24,000 nucleotides of DNA from Tahibacter aquaticus (GTDB lineage Bacteria > Pseudomonadota > Gammaproteobacteria > Xanthomonadales > Rhodanobacteraceae). Position 1 is the first letter of the stretch; every line of letters starts with the position of its first letter. The stretch is from NCBI RefSeq assembly GCF_004363655.1, contig NZ_SNZH01000019.1, positions 1 to 24,000 of the forward strand, in the 5' to 3' direction. The notes beneath the pieces were generated by a model. It saw nothing but the letters and a program-made list of their open reading frames with translations, had not been told where the DNA came from and searched no databases. The position numbers and the translations under genes are program-made. Positions 21,116 through 24,000 of the stretch are shown here, piece after piece.

Positions 21116-24000
21116 TCAGTTGGCGTTGGTCACCAGGCTCAGCCAGGGCAGATTCTGCTGCGCCGTGACCGCCAGCGTGGCCAGCTTGCCGCGCTCGGCG
21201 CGGTTGCCGCTGGTCTGCGAGGTGTTGCCGCCGGCCAGGTGCAGGTAGCCGTCCTGCGCATCGCCCGAGGCAGCCTGCCAGGCAAACTCGATGCCGTGGC
21301 GGGCCGGATCGATGGCGATCCAGGCACTGCGTTCGGCCAGGCCGTTGGCATCGCGCAGCACGCTGCGCAGCATCACCTGCTGGTTGAAGCGGGCCAGTTC
21401 CAGCGTGAACAGCTCGGCACCGGTATCGCTATAGCCAGTGGCGACCGCGACCGGAGCCAGGTCCAGGCTGCCGAGCAAGGCCGAATCGACGCGCAGCAAG
21501 CCGCCGACAAAGCCATTTTCGTTGCCCACGCCATCCGGAACCAGGGTGATCGGTGCCGTCTCGAAGCCGTTCTTGAAGATGACGATGATGTCTTGCGGCG
21601 TATCCGTTGCGCTGTTGTTGGCCGGGTTCGGATCGCCCGCCGCCGTCACCGTCGCCGTGTTGGTGATGATGCCGTCGGGGCTGCCCGGCTGTACCGTGGC
21701 CGAGTAGACATAGGCCGCTTCGCTGCCGCCCGGCAGCACGGCGTTGTCGCTCAGCGTGTTGCCGGTGCCGGAGGCACAGGTCGCGCCACCGGTGCCGCTG
21801 CAGGTCCAGGCACCGCCCGACAGCTCGCTCGGCAACACGTCACTGACCGCTGCGGTCACCGTGGCCGATCCGGCCGGGTTGCTGACGCGGATCACGTAGT
21901 TGAGCGAATCGCCGACGCGCACGAACTGGCGGTTGTCGGTGATCGTCACCGCCACATCCGGCAGCTGGATCACGGTGTCGGTATCGGTGGCGCTGTTGTT
22001 GGACGGATCGGTATCGCGCTCGCCCGCACCCACCGCCACGCTGGCGGTATTGGCAAGGGTGCCGCTGGCGGCCGGCGACACAGTACAGGTCGCGGTATAG
22101 ACCAGGCTGCCGCCGCTCGACAGCGAACCCGAATCGGCGAAGCTGCCGGCGCCGCTGGCGGCGCAGCTGCCGCCGGTTGCAGCGCAGGTCCAGGTGCAGC
22201 CCGTGAGTTCGGTCGGGAAGGTATCCGTCGTCGTCGTCGAGGCCGCGTTCGGTCCGGCATTGTTCACCGTGATGGTGTAGATCACGCTGCTGCCGGCGTT
22301 GACCGTGCCGGTGCCGTCGGTCTTGGTGATCGACAGATTGCTCAGACGCACCAGATCGTCGATGTCGGTCGCCACGTTATTGGACGGCGTCGCATCGATC
22401 AGGCCGGAGGGCAGGTTCACCACCACACTGTTGCTGACATTGGTCGCCACGCTGACCGTAGCCACGGTGCAGCTCTGCGAATAGGCCACCGTGCCGCCAG
22501 GCAACACGCTGGGCGCGTCATTGATCACGCCCACGCCGGAGGCCGCACCGCAGCTGCTGCCGGCCGAGGCCGAGCAGGTCCATGCGCCGCAGGTCAGGTC
22601 CGGTCCCGGCGACTCGACCACGTTGGCGGCGTTCACGGCGATGCTGCCCGGATTGGTCACGGTGATCGTATAGGTCAGGCTGCCGCCCGTATCGACCGTG
22701 GTGACGCCGTCGGTCTTGCTGATGGCCAGATCGGCCGACGTGCCGCCGCCGGCTTCGGCCAGGCCGAAGTATTCGTAGCCGGTCACGCCGCTGACACTGC
22801 CCAGGTTGGTCGCGGGCGCGATGGTTCCGACCAGGTCGGTATAGACCGTCGGCGGGCTGGGCGTACCGTTGTATACATGCAGGTTCGCTTCGGTGACCGT
22901 GCCGGGCACGTCACCGTCGACATAGGTGAAGCCCAGGTCGGCAGTGGTGCCGGCGGGTGCGAGCACGCGCCAGTAGCGATCGATGGTCTTGTCCGCCGGT
23001 GCGAAGTTCGGCAGCTTGCCGGTCAGCGCGGTCGCTTCGACCGCCAGCGGGAACGTGCCCACCGTGGCGTTCGCAGTCACCGGCGAATAGCCCGTCGAAG
23101 TGCCGACTTCGAAGGTCTTGCTGCCGGCAGCCGTATAGGTCTTGCCCAGATAGCCGTCGACATAGCCGGTAGTGCGCGTGACCGAGCCGGTGCCGCCGAC
23201 AAGGATCGTATCGCTACCCGTCACGACAGGACCATTGGTCAGCGCCAGCGTGGCCGCGACGGTCAGGTCTCCACCGGCCAGAGTCAGCGAGTGGGCCACA
23301 TTGTCGTCGTCGTAGCTGAGGTTGGTCAGCGCTCGCGCCGGATTGATTTCCGGACCGGTGGTCTTGGAATTCACGGTACGCAGGTAGGAAATGGTCTGAC
23401 CGCCACTGCCGAGATTGAACACCGGCGCCACGTCGAAGGTGCCGCCGCCGGTCGGCGTGGTGGTGTTGCCGATCTGCACGATGCCGGTGGAAGTACCGCC
23501 GCTGCCCAGGGTCAGCTTGTTGGCATTGACGAAGCTGCCGCTGAAGATGATCACGCGGTTGGTGACGACATTGCTCACCGCCGGATCGAAGGTGAAGGCA
23601 AGATCGTTCTGCAATTCCAGGCTGTTCATCGGCGCCGTCACCGTTCCGCTGCCCTGGTAGGTGATGGGGGTACCGACCAGGAAGGTGATGAAGCGCGCAC
23701 TGGCACCGGTCGAGGTCAGCGTGCCGTTGTTGGTGATATTGCTGCCGTTGAACAGGAACACCTGGTTACCGGTGTTCAGGATCGCGCCGGCGTTGATGGT
23801 GATATTGCGCGAGACATTGTTGATGCCCGACGGCGCAGCAAAATTCACCGTGTGGTTGGCCGACGTGTTGGTCACCACGAGATTCGGTGTTGCGCCGGCG
23901 ATGGTGAAGATCTTGGCAGCACCGGAACTCGCATTGCCCATCTGCAGCGTGCCGCCGGTGATGCTGGCGGCGCCGGTACCGGCCTGGTGGCGGTAGTCGC
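21116..24000 (-). CDS. Very large secreted/surface repeat protein (beta-helix-like N-terminal repeats, three DUF11-type domains); 5' end off window
   Basis: Track ORF 21116..23941, but the frame stays open to position 24000 (..DYRHQAGTGAASITGGTLQM..). The Gly/Thr/Asn/Ser-rich region resembles an adhesin passenger. Three ~125-aa repeats carry the ISKTDG..YTITVxNxG..WTC..PxNNxATD signature. Confidence 0.85.
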   Translation of the reverse strand, partial: DYRHQAGTGAASITGGTLQMGNASSGAAKIFTIAGATPNLVVTNTSANHTVNFAAPSGINNVSRNITINAGAILNTGNQVFLFNGSNITNNGTLTSTGASARFITFLVGTPITYQGSGTVTAPMNSLELQNDLAFTFDPAVSNVVTNRVIIFSGSFVNANKLTLGSGGTSTGIVQIGNTTTPTGGGTFDVAPVFNLGSGGQTISYLRTVNSKTTGPEINPARALTNLSYDDDNVAHSLTLAGGDLTVAATLALTNGPVVTGSDTILVGGTGSVTRTTGYVDGYLGKTYTAAGSKTFEVGTSTGYSPVTANATVGTFPLAVEATALTGKLPNFAPADKTIDRYWRVLAPAGTTADLGFTYVDGDVPGTVTEANLHVYNGTPSPPTVYTDLVGTIAPATNLGSVSGVTGYEYFGLAEAGGGTSADLAISKTDGVTTVDTGGSLTYTITVTNPGSIAVNAANVVESPGPDLTCGAWTCSASAGSSCGAASGVGVINDAPSVLPGGTVAYSQSCTVATVSVATNVSNSVVVNLPSGLIDATPSNNVATDIDDLVRLSNLSITKTDGTGTVNAGSSVIYTITVNNAGPNAASTTTTDTFPTELTGCTWTCAATGGSCAASGAGSFADSGSLSSGGSLVYTATCTVSPAASGTLANTASVAVGAGERDTDPSNNSATDTDTVIQLPDVAVTITDNRQFVRVGDSLNYVIRVSNPAGSATVTAAVSDVLPSELSGGAWTCSGTGGATCASGTGNTLSDNAVLPGGSEAAYVYSATVQPGSPDGIITNTATVTAAGDPNPANNSATDTPQDIIVIFKNGFETAPITLVPDGVGNENGFVGGLLRVDSALLGSLDLAPVAVATGYSDTGAELFTLELARFNQQVMLRSVLRDANGLAERSAWIAIDPARHGIEFAWQAASGDAQDGYLHLAGGNTSQTSGNRAERGKLATLAVTAQQNLPWLSLVTNAN
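21590..22740 (-). repeat. Three tandem DUF11/conserved-repeat-domain units inside the surface protein gene
   Basis: The units start ADLAISKTDG.., SNLSITKTDG.., PDVAVTITDN.. Each ends with a Pro/Asp-x-NN-x-ATD motif (TPSNNVATDIDD, DPSNNSATDTDT, NPANNSATDTPQ). Each carries a C..WTC..GxxC cysteine motif. Boundaries are approximate. Confidence 0.7.

Overview
High-GC proteobacterial DNA. Gene content and composition suggest a Burkholderiales/Oxalobacteraceae-like chromosome, but this is inference only. The window splits at about 14.53 kb.

Left part (1-14.5 kb): the end of a mosaic, decaying integrated mobile element or genomic island. In order it contains:
- a partial IS3-like terminus abutting a 3'-truncated radC-like gene;
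- an ankyrin-repeat lipoprotein;
- an XRE regulator split by a complete 2,706-bp IS21-family element (istA/istB, 5-bp target duplication);
- a translationally coupled operon of a triplicated 6-TM membrane protein, an orphan VirD4/TraG-type coupling ATPase and a coiled-coil protein;
- a tyrosine recombinase preceded by two decayed direct copies of its own 3' end, which bracket small cargo genes;
- a ~0.9-kb ORF-free, repeat-rich stretch;
- a visibly more A/T-rich DUF2971 + HNH two-gene module at the island edge.

Right part (14.5-24 kb): core-like genes. These are a 5'-truncated LqsR-like receiver protein, a CqsA/LqsA-type alpha-hydroxyketone autoinducer synthase, pirin, a CspA-family cold-shock protein, an alpha/beta hydrolase, a class I fumarate hydratase, and the 3' ~2.9 kb of a very large DUF11-repeat surface protein gene that runs off the window.

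No rRNA, tRNA or CRISPR array was seen. Many long ORFs in the supplied track are antisense or off-frame high-GC artefacts.

Best candidates for something undescribed: the orphan T4CP trio (5790-9081), the integrase-3'-end relic array (9078-10700), and the DUF2971/HNH pair (12892-14304).
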